A program made the translations under genes and the position numbers. A stretch of DNA of 64,000 bases from Bythopirellula sp. (GTDB lineage Bacteria > Planctomycetota > Planctomycetia > Pirellulales > Lacipirellulaceae), in assembly GCA_965224625.1 (NCBI GenBank), contig CBDCZS010000003.1, forward strand, positions 42,661 through 106,660, written 5' to 3'. Below are positions 46,104-55,530 of this stretch, one piece after another. Under the pieces are notes generated by a model that was not told the origin of the DNA, ran no database searches, and saw only the letters and a list, made by a program, of their open reading frames with translations. Every line of letters begins with the position of its first letter. The stretch's first letter is position 1.

Positions 46104-47042
46104 GTGGAAAGCACGGATGCAATTCTCGTGACAGGCGGTACCGGTATGGTCGGTGCCCAACTTGTCGATCAACTTCGGACGCGCGGTTTCTCGCGTCTGT
46201 TGGTCCCTTCGCGCCAGGACATGGATCTGTGTGACGCGCAATCGGTGAATGCGTGGTTCGAGAAACATCGGCCAAAGTATGCTTTCTTAATCGCTGCCCA
46301 AGTCGGCGGAATTGCGGCCAACATGGCCGACCCGACCTCGTTCTTGGCCAACAATTTGAAGATTGCTGTCCACCAGCTCGAAGCGTGCCATCGTTTTGGC
46401 GTTGAAAAACTGTTGCTACTAGGCAGCACTTGCATCTATCCACGCGAATGCCCCCAGCCGATGCAAGAAAAACATTTGTTGACCGGTCCGTTGGAACCGA
46501 CCAACGAAGGGTATGCCATCGCAAAAATCGCGGGGCTTCGTTTGGCGCAAAGTTATTATCAGCAGCACAAGCTCAAGTGTGTGTTGCCCATGCCAAGCAA
46601 TATCTATGGAACCAACGACCATTTTGATCTCGAACGCTGCCATGTGCTGAGCGCGCTGGTCAAACGATTTAGCGATGCTGCCGAAAGCGGCGCGGACGAA
46701 GTCACTCTGTGGGGAACCGGCGTTGCGCGGCGCGAGTTTATTCATGTCGACGACGTGGTCGCGGGGATGCTCCACCTGTTTGATGTCGCGACAGACGGCG
46801 AAATTGTCAACTTGGGCACCGGCGTCGATGTTTCTATTGCCGAACTGGCTACGATCATCGCCGAAGCAACCGGCTATCAAGGCACGATCGCGTGGGACAC
46901 GAGCCGCGCGGACGGAATGCCCCGCAAGTGTACCGACGTCAGCCGCTTGCGTGAGCTTGGCTTTGAACCGCAAATTTCGCTGCAAGAGGGAGTTCGGCGA
47001 ACCGTCGCCGAGTACCGTCAACAGCTTGCAAGTACCACCTAA
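46104..47042 (+). CDS. fcl: GDP-L-fucose synthase / GDP-L-colitose synthase (Fcl/ColC-like epimerase-reductase)
   Basis: VTGGTGMVG, AAQVGGI.AN, LGSTCIYP, LEPTNEGYAIAK, HVLSAL, WGTG.ARREF and DGMPRK. Fcl and ColC cannot be distinguished by eye. Confidence 0.9.
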   Translation: MESTDAILVTGGTGMVGAQLVDQLRTRGFSRLLVPSRQDMDLCDAQSVNAWFEKHRPKYAFLIAAQVGGIAANMADPTSFLANNLKIAVHQLEACHRFGVEKLLLLGSTCIYPRECPQPMQEKHLLTGPLEPTNEGYAIAKIAGLRLAQSYYQQHKLKCVLPMPSNIYGTNDHFDLERCHVLSALVKRFSDAAESGADEVTLWGTGVARREFIHVDDVVAGMLHLFDVATDGEIVNLGTGVDVSIAELATIIAEATGYQGTIAWDTSRADGMPRKCTDVSRLRELGFEPQISLQEGVRRTVAEYRQQLASTT

Positions 47043-47054
47043 GTAGAACTGAAC

Positions 47055-48332
47055 ATGAATCACGACACTCGCCAAAGCCTCGACCAATGGCTCGACAACC
47101 ATTTTGACGAGCCGACTCTCGACGGCGCTCCTTATTGGTATCCGCTGACGTTGCCTACCTACGGCAAAGAGGAAGTCGCTGCGGCGATGACCTGCATGCT
47201 GGACTACCGAACCTCGATGGGTGACCTCACTCGCCAGTTTGAACAAGAATTTGCCCAGTACGTCGGCGCGCACGACGCCGTGATGGTCAACAGCGGCTCG
47301 TCGGCCGATTTGCTGTTGGCGTTTCATCTGGTCAACCCAATGAATCCACGGCTCCAGCCGGGCGACGAAGTGCTTGTCCCCGCCGTAACCTGGCCGACAC
47401 AAGTTTGGTCGCCGCTGATGGCAGGCCTCACAGTGAAACTCGTCGACGTCGATCCGCACACACTCAACATCGATCTCGACGACCTGCGCCGACGCATTAC
47501 CTCGCGCACCAAATGCCTGTTCGCCGTCCACCTGATGGGCAATCCGTGCGACATGGCCGCGATCACTCAGATTTGCGAAGAGCACGATCTTCTGCTGATC
47601 GAAGACTGCTGCGAGTCGCTGGGCGCTTACGATTCTGGAAAACATGTTGGCACTTTTGGACTGGGCGGCACCTTTAGCTTTTTCTTTTCTCATCACATGA
47701 CCACGATGGAAGGTGGCATGGTGATTTGCGGGACCGACGAAGACGCCGAGGCGCTACGCGTCCTACGGGCACACGGCTGGTCACGCGGACTACAAAAATC
47801 AACCGAGAGCACTCCGACCGTCGATTCGCGTTTTCAGTTCGTCAACTGGGGATTCAACGTCCGACCGACCGAGCTGCAAGCAGCCTTTGGCATTCAGCAG
47901 TTGAGAAAACTCGACGCAATGAACGAGCGGCGTCAACAGCTTGCCGCTCGATTCAACGAATTTGTCGACAGTTGCCCCCATCTGAATGCTGTCCAAGTTC
48001 CAGAGACCGCAATCGCCTGCCCGTTGTCGTTAGTCGTCCAACTGAGCGGCAATGCCTCGAACCACCGCAACGAGTTACTAAATCTGCTTGAGCAAGAAGG
48101 CATCGAAACGCGGCCGATCGTCACTGGTAATCTGGCAAGACAACCGGCTGCGTCGCTTCTGGGCGAGATCGACCCGACCGACTTTCCAGGTGCCGAAGTC
48201 ATCCACAACGAAGGTTTTTACGTTGGGCTGAACCCGCAGTTCGACGACGTCATGTTCCAACGCATGCTCCGCACACTCGACGCTTCGCTCAGCAAAGTCG
48301 CCGAGTCGGCTCCCCTCAAAAAATCTGGTTGA
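47055..48332 (+). CDS. colD: GDP-4-keto-6-deoxy-D-mannose 3-dehydratase (ColD-type, DegT/DnrJ fold with His in place of the catalytic Lys)
   Basis: GTFSFFFSHHMTTMEGG has Ser-His where DegT aminotransferases have Lys. YPL..., RAHGWSR, GFNVRP and GIETRPIVTGN match my recollection of E. coli O55 ColD. Confidence 0.8.
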   Translation: MNHDTRQSLDQWLDNHFDEPTLDGAPYWYPLTLPTYGKEEVAAAMTCMLDYRTSMGDLTRQFEQEFAQYVGAHDAVMVNSGSSADLLLAFHLVNPMNPRLQPGDEVLVPAVTWPTQVWSPLMAGLTVKLVDVDPHTLNIDLDDLRRRITSRTKCLFAVHLMGNPCDMAAITQICEEHDLLLIEDCCESLGAYDSGKHVGTFGLGGTFSFFFSHHMTTMEGGMVICGTDEDAEALRVLRAHGWSRGLQKSTESTPTVDSRFQFVNWGFNVRPTELQAAFGIQQLRKLDAMNERRQQLAARFNEFVDSCPHLNAVQVPETAIACPLSLVVQLSGNASNHRNELLNLLEQEGIETRPIVTGNLARQPAASLLGEIDPTDFPGAEVIHNEGFYVGLNPQFDDVMFQRMLRTLDASLSKVAESAPLKKSG

Positions 48333-48343
48333 TCGACCCCACA

Positions 48344-49276
48344 ATGATTGTGACACGACTCAATGGTGGTCTCGGAAACCAACTGTTTCAGTATGCCCAT
48401 GCTTGGCATCTGGCCAAGCAAACCGAGCAAGAATGCTTTCTTGATGTTAGCGAGTTCGAGACCTACCGCGCGCATCCACTGGCGATCGACCATTTTGCGA
48501 TCTCCGCCCGGCGGCTACCCGAATCGCTGCGAGGACGGATGCCAGCGCGCTACCGAGGTGCCTCTCGCATACACGAAGCGGTCGACCGCCTAACCCGTCC
48601 GCTTCGGAACGCCGAGTCGGCCCCACTCCGCTTGCGCCGAGAAAAACCGTTTGGGTTTCAAGCCAAACAGACTCGCCCTGAGAATAACCTCTATCTGGAC
48701 GGTTATTGGCAAGGCGAAGCGTTTTTTCCTGACCTGCGGTCGGAACTGCGCAAAGAATTTACTCTCACAAAGCCCCTGTCGCAACGATCTAGCGAAGTCG
48801 CAGCACAGATGGCCGACGGCAATAGCGTCGCGGTGCATGTCCGGCGTGGCGATTATGTCACCGACAGCGAAGCAGCCAAGATCTTTCGTTGCTTGGATGC
48901 CGACTACTATCGAAGCTGTTTGCAAGATATTCAGCAACACGTCGCCAACCCAAAGGTTTTTCTTTTCTCGAACGATACCGATTGGTGCCTAAAAAACTTG
49001 GACGTCGGACTACCCTTTGTGCCCGTCACACACAACGATGCCTCCACGGCTCACGAAGACCTCTTTCTGATTAGCAAGTGCCGACACGCGGTGATCGCCA
49101 ACAGCTCGTTTAGTTGGTGGGGCGCCTTTCTCGGCGAAGATCGACCGAGACGCAAAGTTTATTACCCCTCTCCTTGGTTCAACCCCGGCTCGCTCGACGG
49201 ATCGGCCCTAGGCTGCGCCGACTGGATCAGCGAAGCGTCGCTATTCGTTCCTCTCGAAAAAACCTTGGCAGCATAA
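48344..49276 (+). CDS. Glycosyltransferase family 11 (alpha-1,2-fucosyl/colitosyltransferase)
   Basis: MIVTRLNGGLGNQLFQYA, YLDGYWQ, VAVHVRRGDY, YY, FSND and IANSSFSWWGAFL. Confidence 0.92.
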   Translation: MIVTRLNGGLGNQLFQYAHAWHLAKQTEQECFLDVSEFETYRAHPLAIDHFAISARRLPESLRGRMPARYRGASRIHEAVDRLTRPLRNAESAPLRLRREKPFGFQAKQTRPENNLYLDGYWQGEAFFPDLRSELRKEFTLTKPLSQRSSEVAAQMADGNSVAVHVRRGDYVTDSEAAKIFRCLDADYYRSCLQDIQQHVANPKVFLFSNDTDWCLKNLDVGLPFVPVTHNDASTAHEDLFLISKCRHAVIANSSFSWWGAFLGEDRPRRKVYYPSPWFNPGSLDGSALGCADWISEASLFVPLEKTLAA

Positions 49277-50484
49277 CCATTTCCCACGCACCAACCCACG
49301 CACCGTATCGAGTTGTTCTCGCTTCTACTCAAGCCGATTGGGGAGGCGGCGAGACGTATTTGACCGACCTTGCCACCGAGTTGCGCAATCGTGGCACCAC
49401 GGTTGAATTTTTGGTTCGAGAGAAGAGCGACCTAGAAAAGCATGTCCGCGAGGCGGGGTTTTCGGTAAAAACCGTTCGTGGTCGGGGTAAGAGCTTGGCA
49501 ACGATCTGGAACTTGCGGCGTTGGCTTGGTCAAGGCGAAAAGCCGACGGTGCTGCACTGCAACGATTCGCATGCGTTGCTGTGCGCAGGCTTGGCGGCCT
49601 TCGGCCAAAAATCGGTACGCGTCGTCGCAATGAAGCACACCCTGTTTCCGATACGTTCAAAACTAAAGTACAAGCGGCTCGCAGATCGCGTGATTTGTGT
49701 CTCCCATGCGATCGCCGATCTTTGCAAGCGTCGAGGTCTGCCCTCCGAAAACGTGCGCACCATTCACTCAGCAATCAAAACGCCACAAGTCGACCCAGCG
49801 GAAGTCGCGTGCCTTCGCAGCCAGTTGCTCCCCACCGAGGGGCACCGTCTAATCGTTGCTATCGGCAATCTGGTCCCGTGCAAGGGGCACCTCACTTTGG
49901 TTGAAGCTGCGGCGCATCTCAAAACCAAAGGTATTCAAGCCCACACGGTCATCGCTGGCGAAGGTTCCGAACGAAAGTCACTCGAAGCAAGAATCAAAAC
50001 CTTGGGCTTATCTGAACATGTCAGGTTGCTCGGTTTTCGCAACGATGCCGACGCCTTGACCGCCGCCGCCGACGTGGTTGTCCATCCTTCACGCGAAGAA
50101 GGCCTGGGCCTGTCGGTAGCAGCCGCCATGATGCTCCAGCGTCCGATCGTGTCGACAGCCGTCGGAGGACTGAAAGAACTGCTGGGCATCGACCCACGCA
50201 TGCAAGCCGCAGGTCCTTTTGCCTCGATTGCCAATCCAGACGATCCTCAGCAATTGGCCCACCTGCTAGCAGCACAACTGGTCAAACCGACCGACCCCGA
50301 ACGCCTACTCGAAGCCCGCAACTACGCCGTCGACCGGTTTGGAATCACCCGTATGACGGACCAGACGCAACGCGTTTATGACGAGCTATGGAGCCGCCCC
50401 CAGCCTTCTCATCTTGACAGAAAAACGGCTCTCTCGATAAACTCTGCCAGCTTGCCCAAGCAGCCCGGTCTCAAAAGTGCTTAG
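49273..50484 (+). CDS. Glycosyltransferase family 4; start uncertain (in-frame ATA 49273 overlapping the upstream stop, or TTG 49174)
   Basis: WGGGE, LHCNDSH, IGNLVPCKGH, GEG..R, LLGFRND, HPSREEGLGLSVAAAM and VGGL.E. Confidence 0.82.
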   Translation: MTISHAPTHAPYRVVLASTQADWGGGETYLTDLATELRNRGTTVEFLVREKSDLEKHVREAGFSVKTVRGRGKSLATIWNLRRWLGQGEKPTVLHCNDSHALLCAGLAAFGQKSVRVVAMKHTLFPIRSKLKYKRLADRVICVSHAIADLCKRRGLPSENVRTIHSAIKTPQVDPAEVACLRSQLLPTEGHRLIVAIGNLVPCKGHLTLVEAAAHLKTKGIQAHTVIAGEGSERKSLEARIKTLGLSEHVRLLGFRNDADALTAAADVVVHPSREEGLGLSVAAAMMLQRPIVSTAVGGLKELLGIDPRMQAAGPFASIANPDDPQQLAHLLAAQLVKPTDPERLLEARNYAVDRFGITRMTDQTQRVYDELWSRPQPSHLDRKTALSINSASLPKQPGLKSA

Positions 50485-50529
50485 CTAACGCGGCCCTCCC
50501 TTCCCCTCTTCACCCATGGTGCCCGTCCC

Positions 50530-51432
50530 ATGAAGGTCAGCGGTTTTTCGATTATTCGCGACGGCGTACGGCTAGGCTATCCGTTCCTGGAAAGCATCCG
50601 GTCTGTCTTGCCGCTGGTCGATGAATTTGTGATCGCCGTCGGGGATTGTTCCGACGACACCCGGCAGCAAATCCTAGCGCTCGACATTCCCAATCTGCGA
50701 ATTATTGACACCGTCTGGGAGCCGACCGTCTGCTCGGGCGGCCAGATCATGGCGCAACAAACCAACCTAGCCCTCGACGCCTGCCAAGGCGACTGGTGTT
50801 TTTATATTCAAGGCGACGAAGTGATTCATGAAGGGGATCACGACGCTATTGCGAGCTGCATGCACCGGTGGCTCTCTGACCCGGGCGTCGAAGGACTCAC
50901 CTTTCGCTACCTGCACTTCATGGGCGACTACTCGATTCGCAACCCGCTCGCCTATCGCAAGCAAGTGCGCATTGTTCGCAATAGAAAAAACATTCGGTCG
51001 GTCGGCGATGCTTGTGGTTTTGGTATCGACGGTCGCAAGCTCCGTACCAAGCCAACCGGCGGTCGCGTCTTTCATTACGGCTATGTTCGCCCGCCCGAAG
51101 AAATGGCTCGCAAAAGCACACAGTTTAGTTTTTTCTACCGAGGAGAAAGTCTCAGCCAATTGCCGCCGCCCGACCTGGACGCTGTCGATCCTTGGAGCTG
51201 GGATCTGCGAAGTTGCCGACCCTATCACGGCAGCCACCCGGCCCTCATGTCCACGATTATCGCCAACAAGCACTGGCACATCGATTTTCAGTACACCCCC
51301 TGGTATCGCAACCCAGCCTGGTGGAACGGATTTTTACGCAAGAATTTCAGTAGTCTCTTTCGTTGGTTAGAAAAACGGAAGCAAGTGAAATCGGAGACTT
51401 CCCAGAAACCACCTCGCCGCAGAGCCGCCTAA
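50530..51432 (+). CDS. Glycosyltransferase family 2-like
   Basis: MKVSGFSIIRDG..LGYPF.ESIRS.LP.VDEFVIAVG, QTNLAL, YIQGDEVIHE and HYGYVR. Confidence 0.85.
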   Translation: MKVSGFSIIRDGVRLGYPFLESIRSVLPLVDEFVIAVGDCSDDTRQQILALDIPNLRIIDTVWEPTVCSGGQIMAQQTNLALDACQGDWCFYIQGDEVIHEGDHDAIASCMHRWLSDPGVEGLTFRYLHFMGDYSIRNPLAYRKQVRIVRNRKNIRSVGDACGFGIDGRKLRTKPTGGRVFHYGYVRPPEEMARKSTQFSFFYRGESLSQLPPPDLDAVDPWSWDLRSCRPYHGSHPALMSTIIANKHWHIDFQYTPWYRNPAWWNGFLRKNFSSLFRWLEKRKQVKSETSQKPPRRRAA

Positions 51433-51450
51433 AGCAAAATAATGAAAAAA

Positions 51451-51529
51451 GCCTCACACAGAGGCGCAGAGACCGCAGAGTTTTTGATTCGCTGTATTTT
51501 CTCCGCGTCTCTGCGCCTCTGCGTGAGGC
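51451..51529. repeat. REP-like palindromic element, copy 2 of the 2067 family
   Basis: gcctcacacagaggcgcagag ... ctctgcgcctctgcgtgaggc inverted repeat with a different loop. Confidence 0.85.
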
Positions 51530-51562
51530 TTTCTTGTTTCCTACTGCAAAACGCCACGCACC

Positions 51563-52555
51563 ATGAAAAACATACACATCATCGCGCGGAAAAATGGCGT
51601 CGGCATCGATCGTGATGTCGATTTGATGCAGAGCGTGATGTGCCAACTCGGCGACGTCGACTGGCGGAGCCACAAAAGGCCCGCGCCGCTGCTCAGCCAA
51701 CTCCGCACGCTTTTTCAGACACCTTCGACGTCGCAACTCTTTTTGTTGGCCGAGCGCGTCCCCCGGCTTCTCGGCAAACTGCCGGGCATCGTTGTTTTGG
51801 TGCCGAATCAAGAACGATTTCCTCGCCGCCACCTTAAGCGATTGCGCCGCGTCGACCATGTGCTATGCAAAACCCGCCACGCCGAAGCGTTGTTCAAACC
51901 TTATGCAAAAAACGTCCACTACCTTGGTTTTACTTCAAAAGATCGCAACCTTGCTGCAATCACTCCCGACTACAACCGCTTTTTTCACCTAGCGGGCAAA
52001 AGCACGCTGAAGGGGACCGACGTACTTGTCGACGTCTGGTCTCGCCATCCCGAATGGCCCGAGCTGACCCTTATTCAGTCTGCAGCCAATGCCCCGAAGA
52101 CGGTGCCCAAAAACGTAAAATTGGTGACCGACTACGTCGAAGATGAGGTTTTGCAGGCGATGCAAAACGAGCACGGCGTGCATCTTTGCCCCTCGTTGTC
52201 GGAAGGCTGGGGACATTACATTGTCGAGGCCATGTCGTGCGAAGCCGTAGTCGTCACCACCGACGGACCACCGATGAACGAACTGGTCGCACCCGACCGA
52301 GGGGTGCTCGTCCCCTGGTGCAAGTCAGCACCGCGTCACTTGGGCACCAACTGGCACGTCGACCCCGAGGCGCTCGAAACGGCCATTCAAAAAATTATTG
52401 ACATGCCCGTCGCTCAAAAAAAATCGTTGGGGAAATCCGCTCGGACTTGGTATGTTGCCAATGATCTTGCTTTCCAAGATCGCTTCAAGCAGATCGCCAT
52501 GCAGATGCTCGCATTAGAAACGCCGCCTCTGGCAGAAAAATCGCTTGTCGCCTAG
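51563..52555 (+). CDS. Glycosyltransferase family 4
   Basis: FFHLAGKS..KGT; CPSLSEGWGHYIVEAMS; TTDGPPMNELV. Confidence 0.85.
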   Translation: MKNIHIIARKNGVGIDRDVDLMQSVMCQLGDVDWRSHKRPAPLLSQLRTLFQTPSTSQLFLLAERVPRLLGKLPGIVVLVPNQERFPRRHLKRLRRVDHVLCKTRHAEALFKPYAKNVHYLGFTSKDRNLAAITPDYNRFFHLAGKSTLKGTDVLVDVWSRHPEWPELTLIQSAANAPKTVPKNVKLVTDYVEDEVLQAMQNEHGVHLCPSLSEGWGHYIVEAMSCEAVVVTTDGPPMNELVAPDRGVLVPWCKSAPRHLGTNWHVDPEALETAIQKIIDMPVAQKKSLGKSARTWYVANDLAFQDRFKQIAMQMLALETPPLAEKSLVA

Positions 52556-52582
52556 TCGACCCCCAACGGAAAGACTCTTATC

Positions 52583-54562
52583 ATGCGTAGGCACCACCGG
52601 GCAATGCGCTTCTTACTCATTTGCTCTGCCGCACTATTTTGCACTTTAGGCGTCGGTCGACCTAGCCAAACCTTGGCCGAAAAGATGCCGCTCGTCCATC
52701 CGCTCTTTTGCGACCATGTGGTGATTCAACGCGACCGAGCCGTGCCCGTCTGGGGCTGGGCCACGCCGGGCAGCAGCGTCACGGTCTCGGTCAACGGCCA
52801 AACACGTAGCGCGACCGCGACCGAGGACGGAAAATGGCGAGTCGAAATCGGACCGTTCTCGGCAGGAGGACCTCATGTCATGAAGATCGTCGGCGAGACG
52901 ACGGTCACCCTCGCTGACGTGCTGATCGGCGATGTGTGGCTTTGCTCTGGGCAATCCAACATGGAAATGCCCGTGCGTCGTACCGACAATGCCGAGCAAG
53001 AAATCGCCCAGGCTAACCACCCGCGTATCCGCCTCTTTCAAGTCGCTCGAAAAATTGCAAAAACTCCGCAGGCGAGAGTCGGCGGCAAATGGGAAACTTG
53101 CAGTCCACACTCAGTAGGCCGTTTTTCCGCAGCCGCCTATTACTTTGCCCGCGAATTGCAAAAAGAGGTCGACGTGCCCCTTGGCTTGATTCATAGCTCT
53201 TGGGGGGGCACTCCCGCCGAGGCGTGGAGCAGCGCTGAAGCACTGAACACCATGGACGAATTCCGCGAATTGATCGCCGATATGCAACGGGGCGGACAGA
53301 TGGCCAAGCGGCTACATGCCGAGAGGATGGAAGCATGGTGGCCGAAATGCAATTCGCCCCGCCTCGAAGGAAAGTGGCGCACCACGTCCTTCGACGGTAG
53401 TACCTGGAAAACCATGGCCGTTCCTCAAATCTGGGAAGATGCCAACGTAGGTCTGGAAAAATTCGACGGAATCGTACGCTTTCGTCGGACCTTCGATTTG
53501 TCTGAATCGGCACTTCGTGGCCCGGTCCTCTTGTCCTTAGGACGCATGAACGATGTTGATACGACCTGGGTCAATGGCCATCGGGTTGGCGGTGAAAGTA
53601 GTTGGGACACTCCGCGTCGCTATCCCGTACCTACCGAGCATCTTCAAGTCGGCAAGAACGTAATCTCCGCTCGTATCTGTGACGTAGGAGGGAGCGGGGG
53701 TATGTATGGCGACAAGAAAAATTTCCGAGTCGTCACCGAAAAGGGCGAAATCCCGCTGGCCGGCGATTGGCAATACGAAGTGGGCGTCGCGGCCAGCAAG
53801 CTTCCCGGTGTCCCCTCCTCCTTCCGAAGCCACAACAGCCCGACCGCACTCTACAACGGCATGATTGCCCCGCTCGTTCCGTTTGGAATTCGTGGCGCTC
53901 TTTGGTACCAGGGCGAATCGAATGCAGGTCGGCCCGAGCAATACGGCCATATGCTGCCCAAAATGATCGCCGGTTGGCGCGATCGTTTTGAGCATGAGTT
54001 CCCCTTTCTCATTGTCCAACTAGCCAACTTCAAGGAAGTCCAGCAAGAGCCTGCCGAGGGGGGCTGGGCCAGGATTCGGGAATCGCAGCGCAAGATTGCC
54101 GACGACGATCCTAAAAATGGCTTGGTCGTGATCACCGACCTTGGCCTCGCCGACGACGTCCATCCGACAAACAAACAAGAGGTCGGCCGTCGCTTAGCCT
54201 CCCTGGCCCTTGCCCTAGAATATGGCCAAAATATCCTGCACGCCGGCCCCACCTATCAAGAGTTCGTCCAAGAAGGCAGCACCCTCCGCATCAAGTTCAC
54301 TAGTTGCGGAAGCGGCCTTTCAGTGCATGGCGACCAGCTCGCCGGGTTTGCAATCGCAGGCCCTGATGGCGATTTCGTTTGGGCAGACGCCCGAGTCGAC
54401 GGCAACGACGTCCTGCTCTCTGCCCCCGGCATCGACCAACCGCAACGCGCCCGATACAACTGGGCCAGCAACCCGATCGGCAATTTATTCAACCAAGAAG
54501 GCCTGCCTGCCGCTCCCTTTCGGACTGACGCCCCGGCAACTGACCTACCCCATGCCGAATAG
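52583..54562 (+). CDS. Sialate O-acetylesterase (SASA/SGNH) family protein with jelly-roll insertion, secreted
   Basis: Signal peptide; LFCDHVVIQR, GDVWLCSGQSNM, WGGT, LYNGMIAP, WYQGESN and DVHP. Confidence 0.92.
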   Translation: MRRHHRAMRFLLICSAALFCTLGVGRPSQTLAEKMPLVHPLFCDHVVIQRDRAVPVWGWATPGSSVTVSVNGQTRSATATEDGKWRVEIGPFSAGGPHVMKIVGETTVTLADVLIGDVWLCSGQSNMEMPVRRTDNAEQEIAQANHPRIRLFQVARKIAKTPQARVGGKWETCSPHSVGRFSAAAYYFARELQKEVDVPLGLIHSSWGGTPAEAWSSAEALNTMDEFRELIADMQRGGQMAKRLHAERMEAWWPKCNSPRLEGKWRTTSFDGSTWKTMAVPQIWEDANVGLEKFDGIVRFRRTFDLSESALRGPVLLSLGRMNDVDTTWVNGHRVGGESSWDTPRRYPVPTEHLQVGKNVISARICDVGGSGGMYGDKKNFRVVTEKGEIPLAGDWQYEVGVAASKLPGVPSSFRSHNSPTALYNGMIAPLVPFGIRGALWYQGESNAGRPEQYGHMLPKMIAGWRDRFEHEFPFLIVQLANFKEVQQEPAEGGWARIRESQRKIADDDPKNGLVVITDLGLADDVHPTNKQEVGRRLASLALALEYGQNILHAGPTYQEFVQEGSTLRIKFTSCGSGLSVHGDQLAGFAIAGPDGDFVWADARVDGNDVLLSAPGIDQPQRARYNWASNPIGNLFNQEGLPAAPFRTDAPATDLPHAE

Positions 54563-54568
54563 CCATGC

Positions 54569-55459
54569 TCACGGCTTGGTGGGCTTCAGATGTTTGTCGA
54601 AAAACCCGATGACCAACGGACGCAGGTCGGCCTGCTCTGACTGCAAATGAAACGAGTGCAGGCCCCCGACAACGATGCGCGTCTCGAACGGCACGCCGGC
54701 TTCTCGAAACGCATTTTCGAGACAATGGGCGTGAAAAACGGGGATCGTCGTATCAGCCGTCCCGTGAAGGATCAGCACAGGCGGGTCGTCGGCCGAGGCA
54801 TGCGACGTCGGAGCAGCCTGTCGAAAAATCGCGGGCAACTGCTCTAGCGTTCCGCCGATAATCTTGTGCCCATGCTTCTCGGCGGTCGACCAACCGTAAA
54901 GATCGACCACTGCCTGAACACGGCAAGAAATCTCCTTGCCTGGAGCGTCCGGATCAAGGCCCGACTCCGCGTCGGTCAGACCGACCAGTAGCGCCAGATG
55001 CGCACCTGCCGAGCCTCCGATCACACCAAGGTGATCTGGATCAACATGTAGCCGATCGGCATTCTTACGCAAGTATCGAACGGCGCGCTTGCAGTCATGC
55101 AAGTTGGTTGGCCAGGTGGCCGGCCAAGTTCCGTCCGACGCTTGGCGGGCGAGCTTATAATTGATACTGACGCAGACGTAGCCCGCAGTGGCCAGGGTCG
55201 TCCCGATCTTCTGTTCGCGCTGCTGTTGTTTGTCGCCCCCTACCCAGCCGCCACCATGAATAATAACGATCCCGGGCAACCGCCTGCCCTTCTCGATAGG
55301 GACGGGCATGTAGAGGTCGAGTTTTTCTTCGCGATGCGAACCCAGATAGGGCAAGTCACGGGTCACCGCCACCTCGGCGGCCAGCACCACTTCACCGGCC
55401 AATATTGGTGCTGCGGCTGCGAAGGCAATCAGATGGGATAGCCAGAATGCACCCCTCAT
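54569..55459 (-). CDS. Secreted alpha/beta hydrolase (BD-FAE/carboxylesterase-like)
   Basis: LDLYMP, IHGGGW, GGSAGAHL nucleophile motif, HGTADT and GLHSF. Confidence 0.9.
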   Translation of the reverse strand: MRGAFWLSHLIAFAAAAPILAGEVVLAAEVAVTRDLPYLGSHREEKLDLYMPVPIEKGRRLPGIVIIHGGGWVGGDKQQQREQKIGTTLATAGYVCVSINYKLARQASDGTWPATWPTNLHDCKRAVRYLRKNADRLHVDPDHLGVIGGSAGAHLALLVGLTDAESGLDPDAPGKEISCRVQAVVDLYGWSTAEKHGHKIIGGTLEQLPAIFRQAAPTSHASADDPPVLILHGTADTTIPVFHAHCLENAFREAGVPFETRIVVGGLHSFHLQSEQADLRPLVIGFFDKHLKPTKP

Positions 55460-55530
55460 GGATAGTCTTTTCCTGCTGTGGTTGAGAGCCTCGCACGTGA
55501 GGATGGCGTCGGCGCTTGGCGAGTTCTCAC

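Noticed and set aside
47055-48332. Perosamine synthase / generic DegT aminotransferase annotation
   Set aside because: The Schiff-base Lys position is His (SHH), which fits the ColD/E1 dehydratase class rather than an aminotransferase.
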